Counted from the stretch's first letter, positions 10,005 to 20,659 are shown. The stretch is DNA of 64,000 nt from Leptolyngbya sp. (GCA_040381765.1 JBEIGU010000002.1:9298-73297), one strand, 5' to 3'. The notes: a model not told the origin generated them from the sequence alone. Program-made: numbers and translations.

Positions 10005-10149
10005 TATAGCGGCTTTTGATAGAGTGAGACACCCAATTGCTCAGTCCTACCCCCCAGCGCCTGCCTGTAGGAGTTTCACGCAGTACCCCCCTTGATCAAG
10101 GGTAGGGGGGATATTCACACCGCACTTCACCCAAGTGAAATCTGCTATG
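10005..10149. mobile_element. Putative MITE-like non-autonomous element (~145 bp)
   Basis: Imperfect terminal inverted repeats atagcggctttt (10006-17) and gaaatctgctat (10137-48), 9/12 match; internal hairpins; internal segment repeated at 34548. Confidence 0.55.
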
Positions 10150-10363
10150 ACAGAGGCACATTCCTTCAGGATGTGTCTCCCTACTTCCGTCTCTCCCTGG
10201 CTTTATCAAACCTGATCAACTAGAAAAGAGATAAACGATTGATTTTTTTGTGTCTACAGTTACCGAACTCCCCCTAAAGGTCAGGCTTCCCGGTCAGGAA
10301 AATTCCAGAATTCCTCACCTTAGACCGGCTAGGATTGGATCTGTCCCTGGCTAGGAAAACCCC

Positions 10364-11167
10364 ATGCACGGTCCCATCCCCCCCCAACGTTACTTCCCCT
10401 ACCTGACCTGGAAAGACATTGCCGCTATGGAGCATCGGGATCAGGTGGTGATTATTCAGCCCCTGGGAGCGATTGAGCAGCATGGCCCCCACCTGCCTCT
10501 AGCGGTGGATAGCCTGCTCTGTACAACGGTGGTAGGAAGAGCCCTGACCGCCCTAGACCCGGCGATTCCGGCCTACAGTTTACCACCCCTGTACTACGGC
10601 AAGTCCAACGAACACTGGCAGTTCCCCGGCACCATTAGTCTCTCAGCGGAAACCTTGCTCAAGCTCCTGCAGGAGGTGGGGGACAGTATTTATCGGGCTG
10701 GTTTCCGTAGGTTTGTTCTGATTAACGGTCACGGTGGTCAGCCCCAGGTATTGGAGATCGTCGCCCGGGATCTTCACCAGCGCTACCCAGACTTGATGGT
10801 GTTTCCCCTGTTTCTATGGCGAGCCCCAAACTGTGCTCAGGAGCTACTCACACCGCAGGAGATGGAGTTTGGCATCCATGCCGGGGATGCGGAAACTAGC
10901 CTGATGCTGTCTATTTTGCCAGACCAGGTGCGGCAACACCTGGCCCAGGCAGAGTTCCCTCCCCCCCTGGATAGCGAAAGTTGTCTCAGCATGGAGGGTA
11001 AGCTGCCCTTTGCCTGGGTCACCGGTGATCTTTCGGCCAGTGGGGTGCTGGGGGATCCTACGGTGGCCACGGCGGCGAAGGGCGATCGCCTGCTAGCCTC
11101 CCTGACCGACGGCTGGGTACGGGTAATAGGGGATATCTACCGGTTTCGCCAGCCCCAGGCCCGTTGA
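10364..11167 (+). CDS. Creatininase family amidohydrolase
   Basis: PLGAIEQHGPHLPL, SNEH..FPGTI, NGHGG, HAGDAETS. Confidence 0.93.
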   Translation: MHGPIPPQRYFPYLTWKDIAAMEHRDQVVIIQPLGAIEQHGPHLPLAVDSLLCTTVVGRALTALDPAIPAYSLPPLYYGKSNEHWQFPGTISLSAETLLKLLQEVGDSIYRAGFRRFVLINGHGGQPQVLEIVARDLHQRYPDLMVFPLFLWRAPNCAQELLTPQEMEFGIHAGDAETSLMLSILPDQVRQHLAQAEFPPPLDSESCLSMEGKLPFAWVTGDLSASGVLGDPTVATAAKGDRLLASLTDGWVRVIGDIYRFRQPQAR

Positions 11168-11195
11168 CTCTCCAGTAAACTGGAGGAATTAAACT
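11164..11195 (+). promoter_or_regulatory. MerR/CueR-type promoter-operator for pacS
   Basis: TTGACT (-35), 20-bp spacer holding dyad CTCCAG-taaa-CTGGAG, then TAAACT (-10); upstream of a Cu-type ATPase. Confidence 0.72.
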
Positions 11196-11321
11196 AAAGT
11201 TCTAGCTCCTGGCAATTGGGGCTAGGGCGAGCCAAGAGGTTCTCCGCCATAGCTTGCACTAACTGGTTATGGCCAAGGCGTTCTGGCTAAAACGATAAAC
11301 TCCAGTGTTCAGTACCTGCCC

Positions 11322-13601
11322 ATGGCTAGTCAGAATCTCCTGCTAAGTGGGATGAGTTGTGCGTCCTGCGTCGCTACAGTGGAGCGATCGCTGCGATCGG
11401 TAGTGGGTGTCTGGGACTGCCAGGTGAACTTTGCTACAGATCGAGCCACGGTTCACTACGACCCGGCCTTGACTGGGCCCGAGGCCCTGGTGGCGGCGGT
11501 GCAGTCCGCTGGTTATGGTGCCAATCCGCTAAATGCCGATCTACCCCTGGTCGATCAACTGGCTGCAGAGGATCGCCAGCATCAGCGCCAACAGCGACAG
11601 TTGGGAGAACGACTGATGCTGGCGTTGGGGTGTAGTGGTCTGCTGGTATTGGGCCACACCCCCATGATGATCGGCCACCATCTACCCTGGATACCCTCAA
11701 TCCTGCACTATAGCTGGGTGCAGTTGGGTTTGACCCTACCGGTGCTGACCTGGTGTGGCCAGGGCTTTTTTGTCGGAGCCTGGCAAAACCTGAGGCATCG
11801 TCGAGTCGACATGAATACTCTGGTCGCCCTGGGCACCGGTAGTGCCTTTCTCTATTCCCTGGGGGCAACGGTATTTCCTAACCAGCTGCAGGAGCAGGGC
11901 ATCACTCCCCAACTCTACTACGAGGTGGCGGCGGTGGTGATTACCCTAGTGCTACTGGGCCGTTACCTGGAAAGTCAGGCCCGTGGGCAAACCGCCTCCG
12001 CCCTGCGGCAGTTACTCGACCTGCAGGTGAAAACCGCCCGGGTGATCCGGCAGGATGAAACCATTGACCTTCCCCTGGAACAGGTCCAGGTGGGGGATAT
12101 TCTGCTGGTGCGGCCCGGCGAGAAAATTCCCGTAGATGGGGTGGTGCTGACCGGAGGATCAACGGTGGATGAATCGATGATTAGTGGTGAGTCCCTCCCG
12201 GTGCCCAAGCACCCCGGCGATCTGGTGATTGGGGCCACCTTGAATAAAACTGGTCAGCTGACCTGCCGGGCGGATCGGGTCGGTGGAGATACCGTCCTGG
12301 CCCAAATTGTTCAGCTGGTGCAGCGCGCCCAGTCGTCAAAGGCGCCGATTCAAAACCTAGCGGATCGGGTCACCGCCTGGTTTGTGCCGATGGTGATAGC
12401 GGTGGCCCTGCTAACCTTTATCCTCTGGTGGAGCCTTACGGGTAGCCTCAGCCTGGCCCTGTTTACCACCATTAGCGTGCTGATCATCGCCTGTCCCTGC
12501 GCCCTGGGCCTGGCTACCCCCACCGCTATCATGGTGGGTACGGGTAAGGGGGCGGAGCGAGGCATTTTGATTAAGGATGCTAGTAGCCTAGAGCAAGCCC
12601 AACGGGTACAAACTCTGGTGCTGGATAAAACCGGAACCCTCACCCGGGGACAGCCCACGGTGATCGACTATCGGTGTCTGGCAGGCCAGGCGCAGGAGTT
12701 GGCCCTATTGGCCCTGGCGGCTGAGGTGGAACAATATTCCGAACATCCCCTGGGCCAGGCGATCTCAGCCTACGCCCAGGAACAGGGGGCCCAGATAGCC
12801 AAAAGCCCTAGAGTAGAAAATTTTCAGGCCGTGCCAGGAGCCGGGGTGGAGGGGCAGATTCAGGGCCAGTGGGTGAAACTGGGCACGGCCCAGTGGCTGA
12901 CAGACCAGGGGGTAGACCTGACTCCCCTGGCGACTAGGGCAGCGGGCTGGGAAGCAGGAGCTATTGCTCCGGGGGTGCCAGGGGCCAGAACTATGGTTTG
13001 GATGGCGGTGGCAGGGGAACTGGTGGGGGTTTTCGCCATTGCCGATGCCCTCAAGGCTTCCTCGCTGGAGGCGGTTGAGCAGCTCCGGCGGCTGGGCTTG
13101 GAGCTGATTATGCTGACCGGTGACAACCCCCAAACCGCTCACGCTATCGCTGATCAGTTGGGGATTCAGCGAGTTCTAGCAGGGGTTACCCCTGATCGCA
13201 AGGCCGCCGCCATTCAATCCCTACAAGCCCAGGGACGGGTGGTGGCGATGGTGGGGGATGGCATTAACGATGCCCCGGCCCTGGCCCAGGCCGATGTGGG
13301 AATTGCCCTGGGGACTGGCACCGACATCGCCATGGCGGCCAGTGATATTACCCTGGTGTCTGGTGACCTGCGGGGAATTGGGGCGGCGATCACCCTCAGT
13401 CGGGCCACCCTGGCCACCATTCGTCAGAACCTATTTTTCGCCTTTATTTACAATGTTTTAGGAATTCCCATCGCCGCTGGCTTGTTATATCCGATCTGGG
13501 GTATCTGGCTCAACCCCATGGTGGCGGGGGCAGCCATGGCCCTGAGTTCCGTCTCGGTAGTTGGTAACGCCCTGCGCCTGCGCTGGCTGCGCCTAACCTA
13601 G
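11322..13601 (+). CDS. pacS: P1B-1 Cu(I)-translocating P-type ATPase
   Basis: GMSCASC metal-binding domain, [30 protein letters not shown]...MALSS. Confidence 0.93.
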   Translation: MASQNLLLSGMSCASCVATVERSLRSVVGVWDCQVNFATDRATVHYDPALTGPEALVAAVQSAGYGANPLNADLPLVDQLAAEDRQHQRQQRQLGERLMLALGCSGLLVLGHTPMMIGHHLPWIPSILHYSWVQLGLTLPVLTWCGQGFFVGAWQNLRHRRVDMNTLVALGTGSAFLYSLGATVFPNQLQEQGITPQLYYEVAAVVITLVLLGRYLESQARGQTASALRQLLDLQVKTARVIRQDETIDLPLEQVQVGDILLVRPGEKIPVDGVVLTGGSTVDESMISGESLPVPKHPGDLVIGATLNKTGQLTCRADRVGGDTVLAQIVQLVQRAQSSKAPIQNLADRVTAWFVPMVIAVALLTFILWWSLTGSLSLALFTTISVLIIACPCALGLATPTAIMVGTGKGAERGILIKDASSLEQAQRVQTLVLDKTGTLTRGQPTVIDYRCLAGQAQELALLALAAEVEQYSEHPLGQAISAYAQEQGAQIAKSPRVENFQAVPGAGVEGQIQGQWVKLGTAQWLTDQGVDLTPLATRAAGWEAGAIAPGVPGARTMVWMAVAGELVGVFAIADALKASSLEAVEQLRRLGLELIMLTGDNPQTAHAIADQLGIQRVLAGVTPDRKAAAIQSLQAQGRVVAMVGDGINDAPALAQADVGIALGTGTDIAMAASDITLVSGDLRGIGAAITLSRATLATIRQNLFFAFIYNVLGIPIAAGLLYPIWGIWLNPMVAGAAMALSSVSVVGNALRLRWLRLT

Positions 13602-14251
13602 GGAATTCCCTGACTGGTGGCCATAGCGCGGATCACCAGGGCTGGATCAACCCAGGCTCCCTGGTATTTTAGGCCCCAATGCAAGTGAGGGCCGGTGGTG
13701 GCTCCGGTCATGCCAATGCGGCCGATCCGCTGCCCGGATCGCAGAAATTGTCCCTGACGAATTTCTATGCCCCCTGGCCAATCTACCAGCACCCAGGCAC
13801 CCGTCTTTTCCAACACCACCTGCCCCTCTAGATGACAGTAAACGTGGTGCCAGGGCCCTGACTGGAGGATAAGGTGAACACCGCACTGGCGATCGCTAGC
13901 CACCCGCAGCACCCTGCCTTCCCACCAATTGCGCACATAGCTGCCCAGGGGAGCCGCAAAATCTAGACCATAGTGAAAGCGCCGGCCCCCGTGGGGGTGT
14001 TGACGATAACCAAAGGGGGAGGTGTAGCCCGTGAAGTTTTCCACCGGGAAGGAGGCCCCCCGCCAGATCGACTGAGCAGCACCTCTAGTCAAGGGCTGAC
14101 GAGGGGGCTGGGCATGGGCCCTGGAGATCTTGAAATCTGAGGTCATTAGCCAAGCAATCCCCACCCCTAAAGCCAGTACATAGAAGGTAACAACCCCCTG
14201 GAGAATAACCCTATAGCCATCTTGCCAATCCCCCTGCTGCTCCCTTGCCAT
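13598..14251 (-). CDS. M23 family metallopeptidase (cyanobacterial type)
   Basis: HYGLD and TGPHLHWG motifs, N-terminal TM; stop overlaps the pacS stop. Confidence 0.9.
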   Translation of the reverse strand: MAREQQGDWQDGYRVILQGVVTFYVLALGVGIAWLMTSDFKISRAHAQPPRQPLTRGAAQSIWRGASFPVENFTGYTSPFGYRQHPHGGRRFHYGLDFAAPLGSYVRNWWEGRVLRVASDRQCGVHLILQSGPWHHVYCHLEGQVVLEKTGAWVLVDWPGGIEIRQGQFLRSGQRIGRIGMTGATTGPHLHWGLKYQGAWVDPALVIRAMATSQGIP

Positions 14252-14268
14252 GGTGTTTTCCTAGCTTT

Positions 14269-14308
14269 GCAGGGCTATTATAGTTCAATTGAACTATAAT
14301 AGCCCTGC
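14269..14308. repeat. Perfect 40-bp palindrome
   Basis: gcagggctattatagttcaa|ttgaactataatagccctgc equals its own reverse complement. Confidence 0.98.
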
Positions 14309-14430
14309 GGAGGCTAAGATTTTTATGCCCCAGGTTCCAGATTCAGGTTATAACCTAGGGCTTGGGGCAGGGAGGTTAGGCTGGGGTTGATAGTATCTAA
14401 AGGTTCGCTAGGCCACAGAAATAGCTGCCT

Positions 14431-14811
14431 CTACTGGCGGGGTTGGGGATCGGACTGCTGGGACACAGATTGTTCTTGCTGTAACTCCCCCAGGGCCATA
14501 CGAATAAAGTTTGAAGCCACCTCCAGGGATTGCTGATGGGAGGCAAACACCACCGCCAGACTCTCTTCCCCCGCTTCGTAGCAGAGAATACGAAAGCTAC
14601 CGTCTTCAAAGTAACCAGTGCGATCAATACTGCCCTGCTCTGACGTAATACCCAAGCCGGCAATAAACTGATCAGCCCGAGCCAAACAGCCCAGGACGTT
14701 GGTATTTAACAATTGATCGCCGCTGGCAATTTCTGGCCGAGCCAGGGCAGGTAGGGCGATAGATGCCAGACCGAGACTAGCCAGACCAACGGATAGTAAA
14801 TTAACACTCAT
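14431..14811 (-). CDS. Small secreted hypothetical protein with two Cys
   Basis: Signal peptide ending ALPALA; ATG at 14811. Confidence 0.7.
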   Translation of the reverse strand: MSVNLLSVGLASLGLASIALPALARPEIASGDQLLNTNVLGCLARADQFIAGLGITSEQGSIDRTGYFEDGSFRILCYEAGEESLAVVFASHQQSLEVASNFIRMALGELQQEQSVSQQSDPQPRQ

Positions 14812-15061
14812 AGTTATCAATAATTTAGTTTTTTACAGGAGAACAGTGAACCGTCACCGCATTTAGGTTGGTAGTTTGGCACCCATGGCCACCAGATAAA
14901 TCCTGCAATACTATTACGGAGTTTTGCTGTAATTTCCGGAAACTCTCCCCAGGAAAGTTTAAAGTTTCCTTGAAAAGTCTGCCGGAGGCAGGGTCGGTTA
15001 CCCGATGACGCAGCGGCTAGCCCGGTTAAGACAGGGCTAGGACCTTGTTTACCATAGGCTG

Positions 15062-15084
15062 AAACCCCGAGTCTGACTTGGGGT
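15062..15084 (-). terminator. Possible intrinsic terminator after ilvD and the downstream gene
   Basis: ~9-bp stem accccaagtc/gactcggggt followed by TTT on the minus strand (short U tract). Confidence 0.4.
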
Positions 15085-15191
15085 CTTGAGATCAATGGCG
15101 TCCGCCATATCCTAGGTTGCCCCAGTCTGTCCCTATTGCATCAATGTTCAAGCCCTGTTTAGGGAGGACTCGAGGACTTTCCCTCCTCACC

Positions 15192-16004
15192 TCACCTCAC
15201 CTCAGGGATTAGCTCCAAGCGGTAGCGATAGAGGGCCACCGGTTGATTTCCTGCTTTGAAAAAATCTGGATCCTGGGGGGACAGGTAAACCGCCGTCACC
15301 TGGTCTGCCACCACCCCAGGGGTAACTCGCTGATAGGCGGTGGTAATGTCCACCTGATTGAACCCCGGAACCGATCCTCCCCAAAAAACCTGTTGAACCC
15401 GTTCGGTGGCGAGGAAGCGATCTCCCCCTGCAGACTCTACCCTCCGACCGGTCACGGTTGACTGCAGCCGGCGGCCATCAGCTAAGCGGGTCACCTGTCG
15501 ATTGGGGTTCTGAGGGTCCAGTTCTACCCCCTTGACCTGTTCCTCCCCCAGGTAGGCCCGGGCCAGGTTGAGACCATTGAAGGCCCGGTCCGCCACCACC
15601 TGTTGTTGCCGGGGAAACCCCAGGCGCTTAGCTTGAACCAGGCCCGACCAGGGGCGAGGCACGGCAATAAAGCGCACCCTGCAGGAAACCGGCTGGTCCA
15701 GCCAAACTCGATTACCCTCAAAGCCTGGGCTGATTACCGTTGGGGCTAGGGGGGCCTCCATACCTAGCAGGGTGCTGCTGAGTTGCCAATTACCCTCTAG
15801 CCAGTCGGGATAGATCAGGTCTCCCCGGGCGGGGGGCAGCGATGACGGGTCAGGCCACTGGGAAAAAGCAGCCAGGCGGTCTGCTAGGCCTGTCGCCTGG
15901 GCCTGACCACTACAGAGCAACCACACCATTAACAGGAGCCCGAGCCAGACCAGTCGCTGGCGCCGCCCTAGGGAATTAGCCAGGGTTCTCAACCGCCGCA
16001 CCAT
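15192..16004 (-). CDS. Conserved cyanobacterial hypothetical protein (DUF6816-like)
   Basis: 270 aa, N-terminal TM/signal, DLIYPDWLEGNW and ADRAFNG motifs; 6 bp downstream of ilvD. Confidence 0.75.
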   Translation of the reverse strand: MVRRLRTLANSLGRRQRLVWLGLLLMVWLLCSGQAQATGLADRLAAFSQWPDPSSLPPARGDLIYPDWLEGNWQLSSTLLGMEAPLAPTVISPGFEGNRVWLDQPVSCRVRFIAVPRPWSGLVQAKRLGFPRQQQVVADRAFNGLNLARAYLGEEQVKGVELDPQNPNRQVTRLADGRRLQSTVTGRRVESAGGDRFLATERVQQVFWGGSVPGFNQVDITTAYQRVTPGVVADQVTAVYLSPQDPDFFKAGNQPVALYRYRLELIPEVR

Positions 16005-16010
16005 GGGCCG

Positions 16011-17693
16011 TTACCGATCTAGATCGGTGACCGCCCCCAGGCTGCTGGAGGAGACCAACCTGGCATACTTACCTAGCACCCCCCGGCGATAGCGGGGCGG
16101 AGGGGCAACCCAGGCAGCTCGCCGTTGGGCTAGTTCTGCCTCGGGCACATTCAGTTGTAGCAGGTTGAGATCGGCGTCAATGGTGACCGGGTCACCCTCC
16201 TGCACCAGCGCAATGGTGCCCCCCACCGCCGCCTCCGGGGCAACGTGGCCCACTACCATACCGTAGGTGCCCCCAGAGAAGCGACCGTCAGTAATTAGAC
16301 CCACCGAGTCCCCCAACCCTGCCCCAATGATGGCGGAGGTGGGGGCGAGCATTTCCCGCATACCTGGCCCGCCGCGAGGGCCCTCGTAGCGAATCACAAT
16401 GATGTCCCCAGGGTGAATGGCCTTGGCCAGGATCGCCTTCAGGCACTCCTCTTCCGATTCAAACACTCGGGCTGGCCCGGTGATCTGCCGGTGCTTAACC
16501 CCGGTTAGTTTGGCCACTGCCCCCTCCGTGGCCAGGTTTCCCTTGAGGATGCCCAGGTGCCCCAGGGGGTAAAGGGGCTGGTCAAAGGGCCGAATCACCT
16601 GTTGATCAGGCCGGGGCTCTATGGGCACCTCCGCCAGTAGCTCGGCAATGGTTTGCCCCGTCACCGTTAGGGCCTCACCGTGGAGTAGACCGTGGTGGAG
16701 TAGCATTTTCATCACCTGGGGCAGGCCCCCAGCCCGGTGGAAGTCGGTGGCGACGTAGCGGCCGGAGGGCTTGAGGTCGCACAGCACCGGCACCCGCCGG
16801 CGGATCATCTCAAAATCATCGATGGTCAGAGTAACACCGATGGCATCGGCGATCGCCAGCAGGTGCAGCACCGAATTAGTCGATCCTCCCACCGCCATAA
16901 TCACCGTGATAGCGTTTTCAAAGGCTTGACGGGTGAGAATTTGACTAGGCAAAATCTGTTGGCGAATGGCCTGTACCAGCACCTCAGCCGACCTCTGCGC
17001 ACTTTCGGCCTTTTCCCCATCTTCTGCAGCCATGGTGGAGGAATACATTAAACTCATGCCCATGGCTTCAAAGGCAGAGGACATGGTGTTGGCGGTGTAC
17101 ATGCCCCCACAGGACCCGGCCCCTGGACAGGCATGGCGTTCTACCGCCAGCAAGCGCTCCTCAGTAATTTTTCCCGCACTGAACTGGCCTACCGCCTCAA
17201 AGGCGCTCACCACCGTTAGGTCCTCGCCATCGTAGTGCCCTGGCTTGATGGTGCCCCCGTAAACAAAAATGGCGGGCAAATTCAGGCGAGCCATGGCAAT
17301 CATGGCACCGGGCATGTTTTTATCACAACCGCCGATGGCCAGCACTCCATCCATACTCTGCCCATTGCAAACCGTCTCAATCGAGTCCGCGATCACCTCC
17401 CGCGACACCAGGGAATACTTCATGCCCTCGGTGCCCATGGAGATGCCATCACTGATGGTGATGGTGCCAAATAGCTGGGGCATAGCTCCCGATGCCCGAA
17501 CCCCAGCCTCCGCCCGGCGGGCCAGATCGTCTAGGCCCATATTGCAGGGGGTAATGGTACTAAAGCCATTGGCTATCCCCACAATCGGCTTAGTAAAATC
17601 CTCGTCGGCAAAGCCGACCGCCCGCAGCATGGCACGATTTGGGGATCGTTGCACCCCTTGAGTAATCACCTGGCTTTTCCGGTTTTCAGGCAT
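16011..17693 (-). CDS. ilvD: Dihydroxy-acid dehydratase
   Basis: [46 protein letters not shown]. Confidence 0.98.
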   Translation of the reverse strand: MPENRKSQVITQGVQRSPNRAMLRAVGFADEDFTKPIVGIANGFSTITPCNMGLDDLARRAEAGVRASGAMPQLFGTITISDGISMGTEGMKYSLVSREVIADSIETVCNGQSMDGVLAIGGCDKNMPGAMIAMARLNLPAIFVYGGTIKPGHYDGEDLTVVSAFEAVGQFSAGKITEERLLAVERHACPGAGSCGGMYTANTMSSAFEAMGMSLMYSSTMAAEDGEKAESAQRSAEVLVQAIRQQILPSQILTRQAFENAITVIMAVGGSTNSVLHLLAIADAIGVTLTIDDFEMIRRRVPVLCDLKPSGRYVATDFHRAGGLPQVMKMLLHHGLLHGEALTVTGQTIAELLAEVPIEPRPDQQVIRPFDQPLYPLGHLGILKGNLATEGAVAKLTGVKHRQITGPARVFESEEECLKAILAKAIHPGDIIVIRYEGPRGGPGMREMLAPTSAIIGAGLGDSVGLITDGRFSGGTYGMVVGHVAPEAAVGGTIALVQEGDPVTIDADLNLLQLNVPEAELAQRRAAWVAPPPRYRRGVLGKYARLVSSSSLGAVTDLDR

Positions 17694-17890
17694 AGCTAAC
17701 CCTCTAACAGCAGTTCTTTATGATCCTTTAGAGCTTTTGTACCGTACAAACTCGGGTTTTCTAGAAAAACTAGGAGAATCTTAGTAATAGAATTTTAGTA
17801 ATATTCTTAATAGAGTCTGGGCCAGGGTTTAGACTTCGCTAAAATTCTGAGAGCAGTGTTGATTGTTAAAAGCCATCACCTGGGTAGGCA

Positions 17891-18835
17891 TTGTGCCTGG
17901 CATCACTTCCTTATCACCGAAGTTCCCTTTTATCCCTTCCCTTGACCCATTCCCCCGACCCCCCGGTAACCGTCCCTACCCCGCACCTGAATGCAGCCTC
18001 CCTGTTGGAACGCTATGCTCGAGGGGAGCGGGATTTTCGTCATCTCCACCTGCGCCGCCTGGATTTAGAGGGCAAAGACTTGAGGGGCGTTGACCTCCGT
18101 CATTCCACCCTAGAGGATAGCAACTTAGCCGGCGCCACCCTGGTGGGGGCTAACCTGCGGGAAGCCCGGCTAGTTCGGGTGAATTTCCAGGGGGCCAACC
18201 TGGAATTAGCTAACCTGATCGGCGCTCACCTCAGGGACAGTGATTTGCGCCAGGTTAACCTGGCCGAGTCTGGTATGCGGGCCGTCAACCTTCTACGTAG
18301 CAACCTAACCCAAGCGATTTTAACTGGAGCAAATCTTAACGAAGCCATCTGTGACCAGGTTAACCTCAGCCAGGCCCAGATGACAGAGGCAAGTTTAAGC
18401 CGTGTGAAGTTACTGGGGGCGGTGTTGTCCGAGGCCAACCTAGATCGGGCTAACCTGACCGGTGCCCTGATGCATGGGGCAGACCTGGCGGGTAGTAGCT
18501 TAGTGGGGGCACTGCTCAGTGGCGCCAGTCTAGAGGGGGCGAATCTGGCCAACAGTGACCTGAGTCGAGCTCAGATGACGGCTACGAACCTGCTCAATGT
18601 CAACCTGGAGGGGGCCAATCTACGGGGCACTAACCTGAGTTGGAGTTCTCTCCAGGGGGCTAACCTGCGAGGGGCGATGCTGTATCGCACCAAGCTGAGT
18701 TGGTCTAATTTAACCGGGGCTGACCTGACCAATGCCACCCTCTTGAACGCCAAACTGGACTACACCAACCTGCGCCAAACCCATTTAGGTGGCACGGTTC
18801 TACCCGACGGTTTTACCTTGGAGTTAGGGGGGTGA
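17891..18835 (+). CDS. Pentapeptide repeat protein
   Basis: YARGERDF followed by long A(N/D)LxG pentapeptide runs; real start may be TTG 17942. Confidence 0.93.
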   Translation: MCLASLPYHRSSLLSLPLTHSPDPPVTVPTPHLNAASLLERYARGERDFRHLHLRRLDLEGKDLRGVDLRHSTLEDSNLAGATLVGANLREARLVRVNFQGANLELANLIGAHLRDSDLRQVNLAESGMRAVNLLRSNLTQAILTGANLNEAICDQVNLSQAQMTEASLSRVKLLGAVLSEANLDRANLTGALMHGADLAGSSLVGALLSGASLEGANLANSDLSRAQMTATNLLNVNLEGANLRGTNLSWSSLQGANLRGAMLYRTKLSWSNLTGADLTNATLLNAKLDYTNLRQTHLGGTVLPDGFTLELGG

Positions 18836-20659
18836 TCCCTGGCGGTGGGACCACAGGAGCCCTGGATCTACCATACTGGTGAGCGTTGACCAGGACCCAG
18901 CCCATTGTTGGCGGAGGATCTGGGGTAGGGCCTGCACTTGACTCTCCAGGGCGATCGCTGTCAATTGCACCAGGGCTATACCGTCATTGATCAGGGGCCC
19001 AGGTTGGTGGGATTGGCGCTGTTTACGGTGGGACCAGACCACTAACCCCTGGGGGAGGTCGCGGCTCCATCGCAGTTGAATCTGGTCGGTGGAGAAGCGA
19101 TCGACATAACCAGGGCCAAGAAATTTGGCGTAGACCGAGGCCGCTTCGGTTTGCTGGAGGATAAAACTTAAACTCACCCCCTGCAGATAGCGACGCAAAC
19201 TCGCTGTGGTGGCATCCGGGAGGGCGGGCATTAACGGCAATTGGCGTAGCTGGGGATTCAGACTGCGGGGGTCCCCAGCACTCAAGTGGGAGGCTCCGAT
19301 CGCACTCAGCAGATACTTTTCGCCAGACAGTTGGGCAAAGGCAGCTAGCTGTTGACTCAGCATCGGGGTGATGGCGTCCTGGCTACTGGCCAGCATCAGG
19401 GTGGGCACCCGCACCTGGCTCAGCCCCGCCTGGCCAAACAATAAGCCGGTGAGGGGGTTGAGGAGAATCAACTGGGTAACGCGCCGGTCCTGGAGGTTAG
19501 CATACCGGGTGGGCAAGTCGAGGGCGGTGCACTGGAGCCAGTCTGTCGGGGTCAAGGCCAGAGGATCGCCATGGCGACACCGCTGCTCGAGCCAGCCTAG
19601 ATCCAGGGGAGCGCCGGCCAGGGCCAAGCCAGTGTACCCCCCCAGGGAATGCCCCACCAGGGTAACCTGCTGGGTATTAAGGCGGTGTCGCAGGCTGTAG
19701 GAGTAGCGGTTAACAACCTCCAATCGGTCCAGGACGTAGCTGACATCCTGGGGCCGGTCAAGAAACTCCTGATCCGGCAGCATGATGGATTTGGGCTCGC
19801 CCCCTGGGGGTTCGAGCTGATTCAATAGGGCGTTCCCATTGCTGCCCGGGTGTTCTATCGCCACCACCGTTAGGCCATGGGAGGCCAGGTGGTGAGCCAG
19901 GTAAGCAAAGAACCGACGATTGGCGCCAAAGCCGTGGGAGATCACCACCAGAGGGCCATGGCTATCCTGACTCCAGTAGATATCCAGGGGAATACTGCGA
20001 TCGCGACTCGGGTCGTGTAACACCAGCTGCCAGCGATCTACCTTTGATGTTCCTGCCCCAAAGGGGGCAGCTGGCTCCGCCAGGGGAGAGCCCTGGCCAG
20101 TGGTCACCACCGCTTGCCTCCCCATCACCCAACCCGCCATGCTCCGTTCCCACCGGGCCAGATAGAGATGCATGGCCATTCTCAGCAGGGCCAGGCCATT
20201 GATTTCCATGGTCTCCTGGGGTAACTGTCGCAGCAGGTTAAGGGCGGTCAGGGGTGTCCCTAACTCTGCTGCCCGCCTAACTACCTCAATACCATCCTCC
20301 ATCACCAGATTAGGAAAGAGGATTTGCAGCAAAGATCTGATTTGCTGGCCCGTCTCCGTTCGGGTCAGAGCATCCATGCCCCATTTACTCACCCGGGGGT
20401 CAAGGGTAAAGGGTCTGGTTAAAATATGCTGACCCTGAGGCCACAACCAGGGACTGAAGCGATGGGGCTGGCGAGACAGGTGTCCGGCTGCTCCCCTTTC
20501 TAAATCCTCAAGTCGGATGGCTTGGGATAGGGGACCCCAGCACAATACCAGGCGGTCCGCGGCGACGGCGGCAGTCCCGCCTGGGCCTACTAGTAGGCCG
20601 GCCAGGGCGGTGGTAATCAACCTGGCAGCATACCCAGGGAGGTATGGCAATCTAACCAT
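18824..20659 (-). CDS. Alpha/beta hydrolase with DUF1400-type N-terminal domain
   Basis: VISHGFG, DRPQDVS, GHSLGG nucleophile elbow, signal peptide. Confidence 0.88.
   Translation of the reverse strand: MVRLPYLPGYAARLITTALAGLLVGPGGTAAVAADRLVLCWGPLSQAIRLEDLERGAAGHLSRQPHRFSPWLWPQGQHILTRPFTLDPRVSKWGMDALTRTETGQQIRSLLQILFPNLVMEDGIEVVRRAAELGTPLTALNLLRQLPQETMEINGLALLRMAMHLYLARWERSMAGWVMGRQAVVTTGQGSPLAEPAAPFGAGTSKVDRWQLVLHDPSRDRSIPLDIYWSQDSHGPLVVISHGFGANRRFFAYLAHHLASHGLTVVAIEHPGSNGNALLNQLEPPGGEPKSIMLPDQEFLDRPQDVSYVLDRLEVVNRYSYSLRHRLNTQQVTLVGHSLGGYTGLALAGAPLDLGWLEQRCRHGDPLALTPTDWLQCTALDLPTRYANLQDRRVTQLILLNPLTGLLFGQAGLSQVRVPTLMLASSQDAITPMLSQQLAAFAQLSGEKYLLSAIGASHLSAGDPRSLNPQLRQLPLMPALPDATTASLRRYLQGVSLSFILQQTEAASVYAKFLGPGYVDRFSTDQIQLRWSRDLPQGLVVWSHRKQRQSHQPGPLINDGIALVQLTAIALESQVQALPQILRQQWAGSWSTLTSMVDPGLLWSHRQGSPP

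Noticed and set aside
14817-15095. 92-aa minus-strand ORF, and a partial resemblance of 14985-15040 to a c-di-GMP-I riboswitch
   Set aside because: The ORF has no protein-like features; the RNA lacks the GGCAAA and CGCAAAGC cores and the GAAA loop in the required orientation.
15184-15204. (cctca)x4 pentamer repeat at the end of the DUF6816-like gene
   Set aside because: Short microsatellite spanning a stop codon, with no evidence of function.
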